Source: Hormoscilla sp. (GTDB lineage Bacteria; Cyanobacteriota; Cyanobacteriia; Cyanobacteriales; Desertifilaceae). From it: 60,544 bases of DNA. Every line of letters begins with the position of its first letter. The stretch's first letter is position 1. The notes beneath the pieces are model-generated. The model did no database searches and was not told the origin of the DNA. It was given only the letters and a program-made list of their open reading frames with translations. Position numbers and translations under genes: made by a program. Location of the stretch: NCBI GenBank assembly GCA_051439505.1, contig JBFRWI010000144.1, positions 1 through 60,544 on the forward strand, read 5' to 3'. This document shows, in pieces, positions 16,871-27,032 of the stretch.

Positions 16871-18324
16871 GTATCCAAATCACCAGAGGGATTCAACTGT
16901 CAGCTTTTGATGTGGAAATGCTGACCTCGGGCCGGCTAATTGCGGTGCCCTTCAAGCAGTACCGAAAGAATGGCGAAATATTCTGGCTTTATCCCAGTCA
17001 GCAACTGCCAGATAATCTTAGTTGGGAGCAATACTATCAGCCGGAATATTTAATTAAGGCTGAAATTTCATTAGCAAAATGTCAAACATATCCCCTGCAA
17101 ATTGAGGTTTGGGGACGTTGCGAAGAACATTGGCATGTTACCCCAGAGCAAAGGCATCTTTTACCTCAGATTGCTGCCTCAACGGTCTGGAATTTGACGG
17201 CCTTGGAATATATGTTTGAACGGCATCAAGTTCTCAAGCTGTTGTTTTTGCGAGTCTATCGTTTGTCCAGTCCTTGTCTGGTTAAGGTACCTCCTAAACC
17301 AGCTCCTTTCTTCTTCCCTCAGTCGGAAGATGTGATGACCATGGCAGATACTACGGATATTCCAGTGGTCTCGGAAGCCAGTTTTAACAGGCGTAAAGCT
17401 CTTTTGTTGGCGGGAGAGGTTCATCCCGATCGGGACTTGGAGCTGTTGGAACTGCAAGTTTCCTCCATGAACTGCGAAAACTCTGCTGTTCGACAGTTTA
17501 TCTCGGATATTAACGTATTTTTGGGAGGGACTGGGGAGACGGTAACGCCGCAACCCGATCGGGATAAAGATTGGATTGAGCAAATTGCGGCTGTGGGCAA
17601 TTCTAGCGATGGCAATGAGTTTGAAAAGCTAGTGCGCAAAGGTTTGATGCTGCTGGGATTTTCTAATGATAACAGTAATCCCCAAATCAGTCTGGATCCG
17701 GAGGCAACGGGGGGCGCTGGGGGTTTAGACTTTTATTGTGCGTCTCCCTATCCCGTGGTGGGTGAATGTAAAGCAACGAAAACGGAAAAGGTGCCGGATG
17801 GAACGGCTGCACAGTTAATTAAGCTGGGCTATAAGCACCTTCAGGAAAGGTATGATGATTGTGTTAAGTTAATTATCGCGGCTGGGGAACTAACGCCAGC
17901 GGCTCGCCAAACTGCTGAGGGGAACAAAATAAGCGTGATTAGTCCGGAAATTCTGCAAGGTATGGTAGAAATGCAAGCTAATTATCCAGGTTCTATTGAT
18001 TTGATGAAGCTTAAGGAATGCTTGCAAGGTGCTTATGGTTTGGCTGACGAACATCTGGCACGATATCTGCAACAGATGCGCGGCGAAATTGAGTTGCGAT
18101 CGGGCATTGTGGAGTTAGTGAAAAACTACTTGGAAAACTCCAATTCTGAGAGTGCGGGGGTAGAAGCTTTACATGGTGCTTATTTTAGTTCTCACCCGCC
18201 TCAGTCATTAACTACAGAACAACTGCAAGAAATTTTGATTGAACTTTCCTCCCCCCTAACGGGTTATTTGGGTAGGAAGGGCGATCGCTTTTATTTCCTG
18301 CGCCCTTTGTTGATGGATGCTTGA
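16867..18324 (+). CDS. DUF1802-like domain fused to a PD-(D/E)xK restriction-type endonuclease domain, gene 3 of the operon
   Basis: The N-terminus FWLYP...LLFLRVYRL...PVVSEASFNRR follows the DUF1802 pattern. The C-terminus has FEKLVRKGL..LGF, GGLDFY and VVGECKAT, an Mrr-like E..D..ExK set. Confidence 0.75.
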   Translation: MSIQITRGIQLSAFDVEMLTSGRLIAVPFKQYRKNGEIFWLYPSQQLPDNLSWEQYYQPEYLIKAEISLAKCQTYPLQIEVWGRCEEHWHVTPEQRHLLPQIAASTVWNLTALEYMFERHQVLKLLFLRVYRLSSPCLVKVPPKPAPFFFPQSEDVMTMADTTDIPVVSEASFNRRKALLLAGEVHPDRDLELLELQVSSMNCENSAVRQFISDINVFLGGTGETVTPQPDRDKDWIEQIAAVGNSSDGNEFEKLVRKGLMLLGFSNDNSNPQISLDPEATGGAGGLDFYCASPYPVVGECKATKTEKVPDGTAAQLIKLGYKHLQERYDDCVKLIIAAGELTPAARQTAEGNKISVISPEILQGMVEMQANYPGSIDLMKLKECLQGAYGLADEHLARYLQQMRGEIELRSGIVELVKNYLENSNSESAGVEALHGAYFSSHPPQSLTTEQLQEILIELSSPLTGYLGRKGDRFYFLRPLLMDA

Positions 18325-18352
18325 GGTATATAACAGGCATCTTGCATGTTTT

Positions 18353-18864
18353 AGGGGCACTATATTGGGCGATCGCATATCGTCGGGACAGGATATTGGG
18401 CGATCGCATGTGACCGGGGCACGGCGCGAGTAACATTATCATCTTCACCGATAATCTGCTGATGCCGTGCCCCTACAGTAATTCGCGATCGGCCATTTTT
18501 TTATTTAAGTGCTGACAGGCGATCGCCCGACATAACAGAAATTATTAAATATCTTGACCTGACCAGTATTGTAGGGGCACGGCATCAATAACATAACTAT
18601 ATTAACCAAAATATATCTATTGCCGTGCCCCGGCCCGACATTGGCGATCGCATCCCGGCAGTTCCGAAGCGATCGCATGGGGGCCGGGGCACACAGTCCA
18701 TTGGCGATCGCATGGGGCCGGGGCACGATATTGGGCGATCGCATGGGGCCGGGGCACGGCGGTACTAACATTATAATCTGAACCGATAATCTGCTGATGC
18801 CGTGCCCCTACTGAACATTCGCGATCGGCCAGTTGAAAATTTAAGTGCTGACAGGCGATCGCCT
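18353..18864. repeat. Mosaic of GGGGCACGGC/GCCGTGCCCC palindromic (REP-like) units and HIP1-containing short tandem units
   Basis: A ~130-bp direct repeat (~18398-18527 vs ~18733-18863) flanks an inverted REP copy at ~18571-18635. Several GGCGATCGCATGGGGCCGGGGCAC units are present. Confidence 0.8.
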
Positions 18865-18865
18865 C

Positions 18866-19015
18866 TTACAAAGCCTGAAATTGTTCCCACAACCAAGTCC
18901 CCACTTGAGCTTGATCTTGTTCGCGACTGCGGCGTAAAGCTTCTGCCAATAACTCGACGGACAACCCAGGCAAAACCCGAGACTCAGTAATGCTTCGACT
19001 GCCACCACCAGCAAA
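18866..19015 (-). pseudogene. C-terminal fragment of a Uma2-like (DUF820) endonuclease gene
   Basis: The minus frame reads FAGGGSRSITESRVLPGLSVELLAEALRRSREQDQAQVGTWLWEQFQAL*. The 5' part is replaced by a REP-like repeat at ~19016-19041. Confidence 0.6.
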
Positions 19016-19165
19016 TAGCTAAAGTCGGTTGAAAACCGACTAAAAATAATATAGAACAATATTGCGATCGCTCTCGATTGATTATCATAAGGGAGTAAAG
19101 AGATCGCCTCTTTTTTCTGATTCCCCGATCGCCCGTACAATAGTTGCCACATGGCTCATTATCCT

Positions 19166-19648
19166 TCATTCCGCTGCATCTGCGCTGGACAAAAAAGTAG
19201 CGAACTCTAGCAAGTCTGAACGAACTTGGAAAAATACATTGGGGGCCTCTTCTACTAAGGGCTGTATTCTAGTTACATCAAGTCGAAAAGGGTAAATATT
19301 CCGTACTATATGACGGAATGCGCGATACTCTTCTAAAGCCTCGCGACTACTCTGAGAAATCACAGCAGGGCGAGTTCCTGACTTTTCTACTGCCATTTGC
19401 TGTAGTAGCGCCTGATGCCAACCGGGACCTTGAGGCAGGGTTTCGTCGAGTGCCTTAGCAGTTTCCTGAAAAATTTTTTCTACTCCATTGTAGAAACTGT
19501 GTAGGTTTAATGCTACCGTATCTAAGAAAAGGTGATTGGATGACTCTCCGAAGAGTTGCCAGGCATCCTGCGTGCGTTGAATTACCTGTTCTATATTTTC
19601 CAATTCCTTAGCTATCTGCTGTCTTAGTTCTGTATTTTGTTGACTCAA
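19166..19648 (-). CDS. HEPN-domain (DUF86/HepT-like) RNase toxin
   Basis: LHSFYNGVEKIF, WHQALLQQM, RPAVIS and YRAFRHIVRNIY motifs; 4-bp overlap with the upstream MNT gene. Confidence 0.85.
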   Translation of the reverse strand: MSQQNTELRQQIAKELENIEQVIQRTQDAWQLFGESSNHLFLDTVALNLHSFYNGVEKIFQETAKALDETLPQGPGWHQALLQQMAVEKSGTRPAVISQSSREALEEYRAFRHIVRNIYPFRLDVTRIQPLVEEAPNVFFQVRSDLLEFATFLSSADAAE

Positions 19649-20043
19649 ACTTCAACTCCATCCTTTTCAATCAACTGCCACAACCAGGGGCTGCAAATTT
19701 TTTGGTCTAGCATCTCTACTAAGAATTCTGAGCTGCTAGTCACTTGCCCCATTGCCTTAAAATAGACACGATCTGGAATTCCCCAAACTGCTAATTCTAT
19801 GTCGGCGTTGGGGTTAAAACCAGTCCGATCGAGCAGCGATCCAAATACCACTACTCGTGTTGCTCCATATTTTTCGCGCAGTAGGTTGGCGAGAGTGCGT
19901 GCGAATTCCCAGGCTTGCTTTTGTCTTGCTTGCTTTGGATCTATGCGCTTCTGAAGCCGCTCGAAAAGCTGGCGTTGTTCCTCTGAGGATAGGGTTTCGA
20001 CTGCTGTCACGACTTGCTCCAATGCGGATGTTTTGGTTTTCAT
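19645..20043 (-). CDS. Minimal nucleotidyltransferase (MNT) antitoxin
   Basis: YGATRVVVFGSLL...ADIELAVWG motif; lies directly upstream of the HEPN gene. Confidence 0.85.
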   Translation of the reverse strand: MKTKTSALEQVVTAVETLSSEEQRQLFERLQKRIDPKQARQKQAWEFARTLANLLREKYGATRVVVFGSLLDRTGFNPNADIELAVWGIPDRVYFKAMGQVTSSSEFLVEMLDQKICSPWLWQLIEKDGVEV

Positions 20044-20232
20044 AGTTGTTGACGATCTGGTATATTTGAGAGGACAATATTTATGATACCAGCAAGATGC
20101 TGTTTGACAGATGGGCTGGGGAGCGATCTGGAATATATTGAGTCATACTTCAACTCCATCCTGTTTATCGAGCATAACACAATTATAGCAAACCTGGGGG
20201 AGGCGCTATCTCCATTCTCCGATTTTCCAAGT

Positions 20233-20315
20233 CGTAGGTTGGGTTGAGGCACGAAACCCAACAAATAAATGTTGTTGACATTGTGCTTGTTGGGTTTCAG
20301 TCAACCCAACCTACG
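20233..20315. repeat. REP-like doublet GTAGGTTGGGTTGA...TCAACCCAACCTAC
   Basis: Inverted pair. Further copies at ~1671-1702, 22849-22886 and 39030-39056. Confidence 0.75.
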
Positions 20316-20419
20316 AATGTCTACCTCCTCCCGGTTCTCGGACCTTGTCCTATGATAGCATCAAAGCAGCTTTTTGAGTAAAATGGTATAATAGAGCAGA
20401 GTCAGGTACTCTTGAGAAA

Positions 20420-20540
20420 GGGTGCATTTCACTTTCGCAAATGTACTTTGATAATAAATGTGATCTAGCCCGCGCAGGCGGGCTTTGTATCTGTAGCCGG
20501 ACCCTTTAGGGTTCGGGCAACGCAAATATGCAGTGTACTC
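20420..20540 (-). mobile_element. MITE family B copy
   Basis: Imperfect TIR GGGTGCATTTCA / TGCAGTGTACTC with flanking 8-bp duplication TTGAGAAA / TTGACAAA. The core GCCCGCGCAGGCGGGC..GCCGGACCCTTTAGGGTTCGGGC is shared with 34749-35103 and ~56411-56512. Confidence 0.7.
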
Positions 20541-20561
20541 TTGACAAATGCAAGCAAATGA

Positions 20562-21380
20562 GTGAAGATCGAAACTATGATAATTTGGCAGGCTGATTTC
20601 TATCGAGGACAAAAGCAGGATGCAGCAGGGAAACCACTGTGGGAGTTGCTGATGTGCGATCGCACCGGCAGTTTCACCTATGAAGCGACCTGTCCGCAAT
20701 CAGAAGTAAGCGCGAACTGGCTAATAGAACAGTTGCAAACAACAGGGTTGCCAGATATAATCGAGGTGTTCCGTCCCCAGTCTCTGAGTTTGTTTGCAAC
20801 TGCGGGACAGCAGTTGGGAATAAAGGTGGAACCCACTCGACGCACTACCGCATTAAAGCAATGGTTAAAAGCCCGATCGTCCCCAGATACCGGATATAAT
20901 CCTTTAGCAATAGATAAACCGCCACCATTGCCCTTGCCAGAAAATCTTTGGGGCGAAGTCTGGCGCTTTGCTACCCTGCCAGCAGGAGACTTAGTAGATG
21001 CCTTTGCTTCACGTCCCATTCCCATTCTAGAGATGCCCGAATTTCTGCACCCGATCGCTTTAGGCTTGCCATCGACAATTCCCGTACCAGGAGTAATAAT
21101 AGATGGAGGGCGTCAGTCAATGAAATTAGCCCGTTGGATAGAAAATGTCAGACCTGTAGCGCTGAATTATATTCCCGGTAGCCCTGATGGGTTAATATTG
21201 GAAGCGGGGTTAGTCGATCGCTGGGTGATGGTTACCTTTGAAGATCCTGATGTAGCAGCAGGGGGGAAAGCTTTTCAACAACGTCTACAGTCAACTGGGG
21301 GATTGCATTTTTTGTTAGTGCAACCCGATGATTCCGGCATGACTTACAGCGGGTTTTGGTTGTTGCGAGATGAGAATTGA
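20562..21380 (+). CDS. Tab2/Atab2-family RNA-binding protein (DUF1092); start probably ATG 20577
   Basis: IWQADFYR, WELLMCD, PLPENLWG..WRF, LILEAGLVDRW and GLHFLLVQPDDSGMTYSGFWLL motifs. Confidence 0.88.
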   Translation: MKIETMIIWQADFYRGQKQDAAGKPLWELLMCDRTGSFTYEATCPQSEVSANWLIEQLQTTGLPDIIEVFRPQSLSLFATAGQQLGIKVEPTRRTTALKQWLKARSSPDTGYNPLAIDKPPPLPLPENLWGEVWRFATLPAGDLVDAFASRPIPILEMPEFLHPIALGLPSTIPVPGVIIDGGRQSMKLARWIENVRPVALNYIPGSPDGLILEAGLVDRWVMVTFEDPDVAAGGKAFQQRLQSTGGLHFLLVQPDDSGMTYSGFWLLRDEN

Positions 21381-21543
21381 GCAATTTTTAATTGAGAATA
21401 GAGAATAGAGAATTGTTGATTATTTATATATTCACGTTCATATCCATTTGCCATTTTCCATTCACAATTTCTCATTAAACAAAACCGCGATCGCCCCTGG
21501 GTTGTTTGGTGCGATCGCTTATATATTTGATCGCATTTGTTTC

Positions 21544-21753
21544 TCAATCTACCACATTAATCCGACCCTGTTGCAGAGCATCAAACACGCGATTAACAAG
21601 CAGATATTCCCTGTCGCTAAGTGCATCCTTTGCTAACATATTTGACATCAGTAACTCTTGGTCAATGCGAGTAATCATGCGAAACTTAAATATGCGCTCA
21701 ATTAGCTTTTCGACTTCAATTTTCGGTGCATCAATTTGAGCCAGCATTTTCAT
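21544..21753 (-). CDS. Small helical protein, member of the ~67-aa LSDEE...RL..AV.RG family
   Basis: LSDREYLLVNRVFDALQQGRINVVD aligns with the 39-41 kb paralogs; GAGGG RBS before ATG 21753. Confidence 0.75.
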   Translation of the reverse strand: MKMLAQIDAPKIEVEKLIERIFKFRMITRIDQELLMSNMLAKDALSDREYLLVNRVFDALQQGRINVVD

Positions 21754-21949
21754 CAACCACCCTCTTTATAAAAAAACTGCATGACTCCAGCATAGCGATT
21801 TTTTCCGATTTGTGAGTGATGGAGCGCAGATCCACTTGGTAACACTTGCTGCCAAATCCTATGACAATCGTCATTGACAAATTCAATAAAATGTGGTAAT
21901 CGCCGTAAGGATCGGATAAAATGACTAGATGTTGCAATAGGAAAAACTC

Positions 21950-22825
21950 ATGGCACAAGCAAAGATTGGGATTATCGGCGGTAGCGGTCTGTACAAAATG
22001 GATGCCCTCCAGGATGTAGAAGAAGTGCAAATTGACACGCCTTTTGGTCCCCCTTCTGACTCCATCATCCTCGGCACCCTCTCCGGAACCCGGGTGGCAT
22101 TCTTGGCCCGTCACGGTCGCAATCATCATCTATTACCCTCGGAGTTGCCCTTCCGTGCCAATATCTATGCCATGAAAAGTCTGGGCGTGGAATATCTGAT
22201 CTCTGCTTCCGCCGTTGGTTCCCTCAAAGAAGAAGTCAAACCAATGGATATGGTATTGCCCGATCAATATATCGATCGCACGAAGAATCGAACGTCCACC
22301 TTTTTTGGAGATGGCATTGCGGCCCACATAGCTTTTGGCAATCCCGTCTGCAGTCAATTAGCTGGAATTATCGCCGACGCAATTACCAGTTTAGAATTAC
22401 CAGAGATCGCCCTGCATCGCGGCGGCACATATATCTGCATGGAAGGTCCAGCATTTTCTACTCAAGCAGAGTCAAATCTGTATCGCAGTTGGGGGGCGAC
22501 AATAATTGGCATGACAGCTTTACCCGAAGCCAAATTAGCCCGGGAAGCAGAAATAGCCTATGCAACCTTAGCTTTAGCAACGGATTACGATTGCTGGCAT
22601 CCAGACCACGACCATGTTACCATAGATATGGTGATTGATTATCTCCGACGCAATGCCATCAATGCTCAAAATGTGCTTCAAGAAACCGTCAAGCGTCTGA
22701 GTGCCAATCCTCCTGTTTCCGACGCTCACTCGGCCTTGAAATTTGCCGTTTTTACGCCGCCCGAGCAAATGCCTGCGGCTACCAAGGATAAGCTAAAATT
22801 GCTGTTGCAAAAGTATTATGAATAG
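21950..22825 (+). CDS. mtnP: S-methyl-5'-thioadenosine phosphorylase
   Basis: [34 protein letters not shown] and ATDYDCW motifs. Confidence 0.95.
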   Translation: MAQAKIGIIGGSGLYKMDALQDVEEVQIDTPFGPPSDSIILGTLSGTRVAFLARHGRNHHLLPSELPFRANIYAMKSLGVEYLISASAVGSLKEEVKPMDMVLPDQYIDRTKNRTSTFFGDGIAAHIAFGNPVCSQLAGIIADAITSLELPEIALHRGGTYICMEGPAFSTQAESNLYRSWGATIIGMTALPEAKLAREAEIAYATLALATDYDCWHPDHDHVTIDMVIDYLRRNAINAQNVLQETVKRLSANPPVSDAHSALKFAVFTPPEQMPAATKDKLKLLLQKYYE

Positions 22826-22896
22826 GTTGGTAATTGCGCTTTAGCTCCTGTAGGTTGGGTAAGGAACCTCAACCCAACCAACCTACCAGCCATTTT

Positions 22897-24561
22897 TCAA
22901 GAAATACCCACTAATTTCTGCGTTTCGCCAACTAACTGCTTAAAAGCCTGATGTTCTCGAATTGTCGCTAAATCTGGGTCTGTTTTAGCAGCTTCTCGAT
23001 AGGCCGAGTTGAGCGCGATCGCCCGCTGCAAATTGAGCAATGCCGATTTCATATTACCCATCGCCCCATAGCAGTAAGCCCGGTTGTAGTAAGCATTAGC
23101 ATGGTCCGGTTTTATTTGCACCGATCGCTCCAGACTAGCGATCGCCTCCTGATAGCGACCCAATCTTGCCAGAGTATAACCCCGATTATCCCATGCTTCG
23201 TATTTATTCGATTGAATACTCAAAGCCTTTTCATAAGAATTAATCGCCTGATTGTACTCCTGCAATTTTTCCAGCACATTGCCTCTGTTATTCCAAGTAT
23301 CTGCTTTTCCCGGCTGGATTTCCAGAGACTTATCATAGGAAGCCAAAGCCTCTTGATATCGTTGCAACTCGTATAACGCATAGCCCCGCCCATACCAACC
23401 TTCCGCATCATCCGGCTTAATTGAGAGCAACCTGTTGTAGGAATTCACCGCCTCTTCATAATTCCCCAACTTTGTCAAGGCATTGCCTCTATTATACCAT
23501 ATTAACGGTTCATTTGCACCTAATTCTATCGTCTTGTCGTAGGCCGCGATCGCCTGTTTATACTGCTGCAATTTTCCCAGCACGTTTCCCATATTTAACC
23601 ATATTAACGGGTCCGACTCCTTAAACGATATCGCCCGCTCATATGATGCGATCGCCTCTTTATAGCGCTGCAACTTCGCCAATGCCCCCGCGCGATTGTT
23701 CCATGCTTCCGGGAAATCTGCCTTTATACTCAGAGACTTATCATAGGATGCGATCGCCTCCTGATAGCGTTGCAACTTCGCCAATGCCCCCCCGCGATTA
23801 TTCCATGCTTCCGGCAAATCCGGCTGCAAGGCGATCGCCCGATCGTAGAGCCCGATCGCCTCTTCATAGCCCTTTTCCATAAACATAGCATCGCCTTGCT
23901 TAACATAATCTGCCGCCGTCGGCACCTGCTTTTCCCCTGCAGCTGGCCCTTGAGTTAATCTGGGGAGGAACTCAGCCAGCTTTTTGTAAATCTGGTCTCG
24001 CGCCGCTTGCGTTTCCGCCGCAATGCTTCTCAACTCTGCCGCCGCATTATTCTTCGCGGAAACAATTTCTTTCTCCGTGCGATCGGCCTGTTCTCCTAGC
24101 CTTTCTAATACCGTTTCCGCCTCAGAAATTGTCCTTTTGATTTGATTTATACTGTCTGCCTGATAACTTTCCAGTTCTTGCTTGTGGATCTCCGTTTGGG
24201 TAAACAACTTCTCCCGTTGCCACCACAGCAGCAGCATCCCCACCGCTATAAATAAACCCAAGAACGCCAGCAGCAAAGCGTTCAGGGAGACGACTGCATT
24301 CAGCAGCGAATCATTTATTTGCGACTGGATCCGAACCTTCAGGCCCGGACTTTTCTCTACAGTCTCCTCAACTATTTTTTCAATTTCCTGTCGTTCCAGT
24401 ACCCCCCCGCGATCCTCTGCTGACTGGGTCTCCCCTAAGATGCGAATAGGACTTTCGGGGGATAGGGGTGTTTCTTGAGCCCACAGTACGGGCGTCACTG
24501 CCACCCCACCTGCCAACACGAGAGTCGAAAGTGTACGTGCCATCTGGTGCTTGACGTTCAT
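22897..24561 (-). CDS. Membrane-anchored coiled-coil + multi-TPR protein
   Basis: Signal peptide, one TM helix, a coiled coil and ~9 TPRs (AWNNRG..L..L.RY.EAIASY). Confidence 0.85.
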   Translation of the reverse strand: MNVKHQMARTLSTLVLAGGVAVTPVLWAQETPLSPESPIRILGETQSAEDRGGVLERQEIEKIVEETVEKSPGLKVRIQSQINDSLLNAVVSLNALLLAFLGLFIAVGMLLLWWQREKLFTQTEIHKQELESYQADSINQIKRTISEAETVLERLGEQADRTEKEIVSAKNNAAAELRSIAAETQAARDQIYKKLAEFLPRLTQGPAAGEKQVPTAADYVKQGDAMFMEKGYEEAIGLYDRAIALQPDLPEAWNNRGGALAKLQRYQEAIASYDKSLSIKADFPEAWNNRAGALAKLQRYKEAIASYERAISFKESDPLIWLNMGNVLGKLQQYKQAIAAYDKTIELGANEPLIWYNRGNALTKLGNYEEAVNSYNRLLSIKPDDAEGWYGRGYALYELQRYQEALASYDKSLEIQPGKADTWNNRGNVLEKLQEYNQAINSYEKALSIQSNKYEAWDNRGYTLARLGRYQEAIASLERSVQIKPDHANAYYNRAYCYGAMGNMKSALLNLQRAIALNSAYREAAKTDPDLATIREHQAFKQLVGETQKLVGIS

Positions 24562-24746
24562 GAAGTTCTGCCCACCTTGTGCCGATCTTGCCTTGCCTTT
24601 TACCAGATTATCCCATAGCGGTTAATTTTTTGCACCCGGGGGTGATGACCATTTGGGACAATATGCCAACTTAGGAATCCCTGGAGAGCGAGCAAGTGGA
24701 GCAATCTACTGACTAGCCTTGTCCCACCCTCGATCGCCAACTGAGA

Positions 24747-26939
24747 TCATACTACCTGATAGATAAAGCTCAGAGTTGCCCAGGCATTTACATCCAGGGC
24801 CCAAACATCCGTCGATAGCCCCAGATCCGAGGCCGATAGCTGACTCGCCTCGTGCAAATCCTCTAGCAGCGCCTTTACCACCTCTAAAGGATTTGACAGC
24901 ATCGCCGATGAGCCATCTCCTGTCGGAGCCATCGATTTTGCCATTGCTGCGGAGGTCTGAGTGAAAGGAGCAATACTGAAAATCAGTTTAGTTTCCACCA
25001 GTCCCGTCGGACCGGAAACTGCCCATTCCACCGAGGTAGCTTGAGGGATAACCAGAGTTTCCCCTGGGGCAATGACTTGCTGTTTGAAGATGGATTTTTC
25101 TGTCGAACCCCTATTTTCTTGGGAGACTGCTGGAGTTGCTGCAACTGGGGATAGAGTTACCCTCGCAGGTTTGCAGATGTTAATTGTACCCCCATTGCTA
25201 TCCAAGCCCAACAGCAGAAAATAAACTGGGCGAGACTCTTTATTGTGCAGTCCGTAGCGGATCCTGCTCCCCACGGGCACTTGCAAAATTTCTGTTCCCA
25301 CCCGTGAGGGTAAGTTCAATTCCTGGGGAATTTCGGCTCGCGGTTGGAGTCTCATTACTAACCGATCTTGAGCAGTAACCATTTCTAGGGCAGCTTTTAC
25401 CCTCAAGCTAGAAGAGTCCGGGTTTTCCGTTAACCGCAGCAACTTGGCTGCTTGCAGAGCTTTCAATTGCGGTGCGAGCCGCTGCACGGCTGTTTTCACC
25501 GCTTCCCCTTTAGAACCCCCGGTATTGTCAATGGGAATGTTTGCTGGCCAGAACAGGCCGTAACTCTTCTGAACCTCTGAAATACTATCACTCTTGTCTA
25601 TTTTACCAAACAGGCAATCTGCTGAGACTGGAGATTTTTCGATCGCCACTGTCTTGACATTATCAACAGCTGAAAAAGCACTGGTGGCATCTACCCGTTC
25701 AATGCGTTCCAACCCAGGACTCAGTCCCACGGTCAATGACACCTGACGGGGTATAACTCTGATTCCTTCTCGAACCAGTTGCCCGACTGCTGTAGACCCT
25801 GTTTTCAATTTTGCCTTAGCTATCAGACCCGATCGGGAGGTAATTTGCAATTGAGTCTCTGAGCTTGCCACCTGAAGCACGGAATTGACGCCATAATTTT
25901 CCAGTACCTGTGGCGGTAGTCCCCCCAACCACAACTGTACGGTTTGGCCATCTGCTTCTACTGCTCTGACTGCGCCATCAGCCCCCCATACAGTATTCTG
26001 AGTTAGGTATTCACTTTTTTCCTCGCTCAACTTTGGCAGCTCTTCGTTACTGGTTAGTTGTTCTACTACTCCTGATGCCTGAGAGAAACTGACTTTTATG
26101 CTAGTCGCTGCGGTCGCTAACCATAGCTGCTGGGTGATAGCGTAAGTAAATAGACCACTGCTAAATCCATTCCATTGCGCCTCAAATGCTTTCTCTCCCG
26201 TCTCCTGGGCCGTCCCTATGGGGTTTGCTGCCGCCAGCACCATTCCTGGTAGTTGACTAATGTTCTGGATCTTGGCTATTTCTGTCGATCTATTCTGGGA
26301 GAGTTTTTCTGGCACGGCTAATGCTCGATCGCTCAGAACTCCTGCGACTGCATCATTACGAGCCCGCAGCCACAAGGAACCCACTAGCTGAGCGTCCAAA
26401 CCCTTCAGGTAGCTCGTATCTAGGATAGCGATCGCCTTCTGCGTCGGCAGCATATGCAGCAGCAGATGCAGCCTTGAGATCGATAAGTCATTCACTTGCC
26501 TATTTTCCGGTGATGGATCTCCCCCATCCACTGGCACCAGGGTGTTTTGCAATGCTTCTCCCTGGCGAACCTGCCTGCCATAGCCGCTAAAGTGGAATAC
26601 TACCACATCATCAGGACCTGCCTGTTCTATCAGATGCTCGATGAATGCCGATTCTATTTGCTCTCTTGTAGCCTGCTTATCCGTGAGGGTGATAATATCA
26701 TCTGTGCTGAAGCCAAACCGATGGATCAGCAGCGATCGTTGTAGTTCTACATCCGTGACGCCACCTGTTAGTGCTGCTGTGGGATACTGGTTAATACCCA
26801 CTAGCAGAGCTAACTTTCGGCTGGTGGGTTGGGCTAGGGCTTGGTAATAGCGCCTCCCCAATAGTGACAGTCCAGCCTCACTAATTCCCAGGGCTGCCAT
26901 TGTCCAGCCCAGCCGTTGCAAAAAATCCCGCCGTTTCAT
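24747..26939 (-). CDS. Tat-exported caspase-like protein (pseudo-orthocaspase) with C-terminal DUF4384-like domain
   Basis: MKRRDFLQ Tat motif; KLALLVGINQY; FHFSGYG and ILDTSY, in which the catalytic His/Cys are replaced by Tyr/Ser. Confidence 0.85.
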   Translation of the reverse strand: MKRRDFLQRLGWTMAALGISEAGLSLLGRRYYQALAQPTSRKLALLVGINQYPTAALTGGVTDVELQRSLLIHRFGFSTDDIITLTDKQATREQIESAFIEHLIEQAGPDDVVVFHFSGYGRQVRQGEALQNTLVPVDGGDPSPENRQVNDLSISRLHLLLHMLPTQKAIAILDTSYLKGLDAQLVGSLWLRARNDAVAGVLSDRALAVPEKLSQNRSTEIAKIQNISQLPGMVLAAANPIGTAQETGEKAFEAQWNGFSSGLFTYAITQQLWLATAATSIKVSFSQASGVVEQLTSNEELPKLSEEKSEYLTQNTVWGADGAVRAVEADGQTVQLWLGGLPPQVLENYGVNSVLQVASSETQLQITSRSGLIAKAKLKTGSTAVGQLVREGIRVIPRQVSLTVGLSPGLERIERVDATSAFSAVDNVKTVAIEKSPVSADCLFGKIDKSDSISEVQKSYGLFWPANIPIDNTGGSKGEAVKTAVQRLAPQLKALQAAKLLRLTENPDSSSLRVKAALEMVTAQDRLVMRLQPRAEIPQELNLPSRVGTEILQVPVGSRIRYGLHNKESRPVYFLLLGLDSNGGTINICKPARVTLSPVAATPAVSQENRGSTEKSIFKQQVIAPGETLVIPQATSVEWAVSGPTGLVETKLIFSIAPFTQTSAAMAKSMAPTGDGSSAMLSNPLEVVKALLEDLHEASQLSASDLGLSTDVWALDVNAWATLSFIYQVV

Positions 26940-27032
26940 ATCAGCTCTCAGCTATTAGCTATCAGCTATTAGCCTACCAGTTTTTTGTTTGCTGTTCGCA
27001 ACGACTGGGCATCGCTGACTACTGACTACTGA

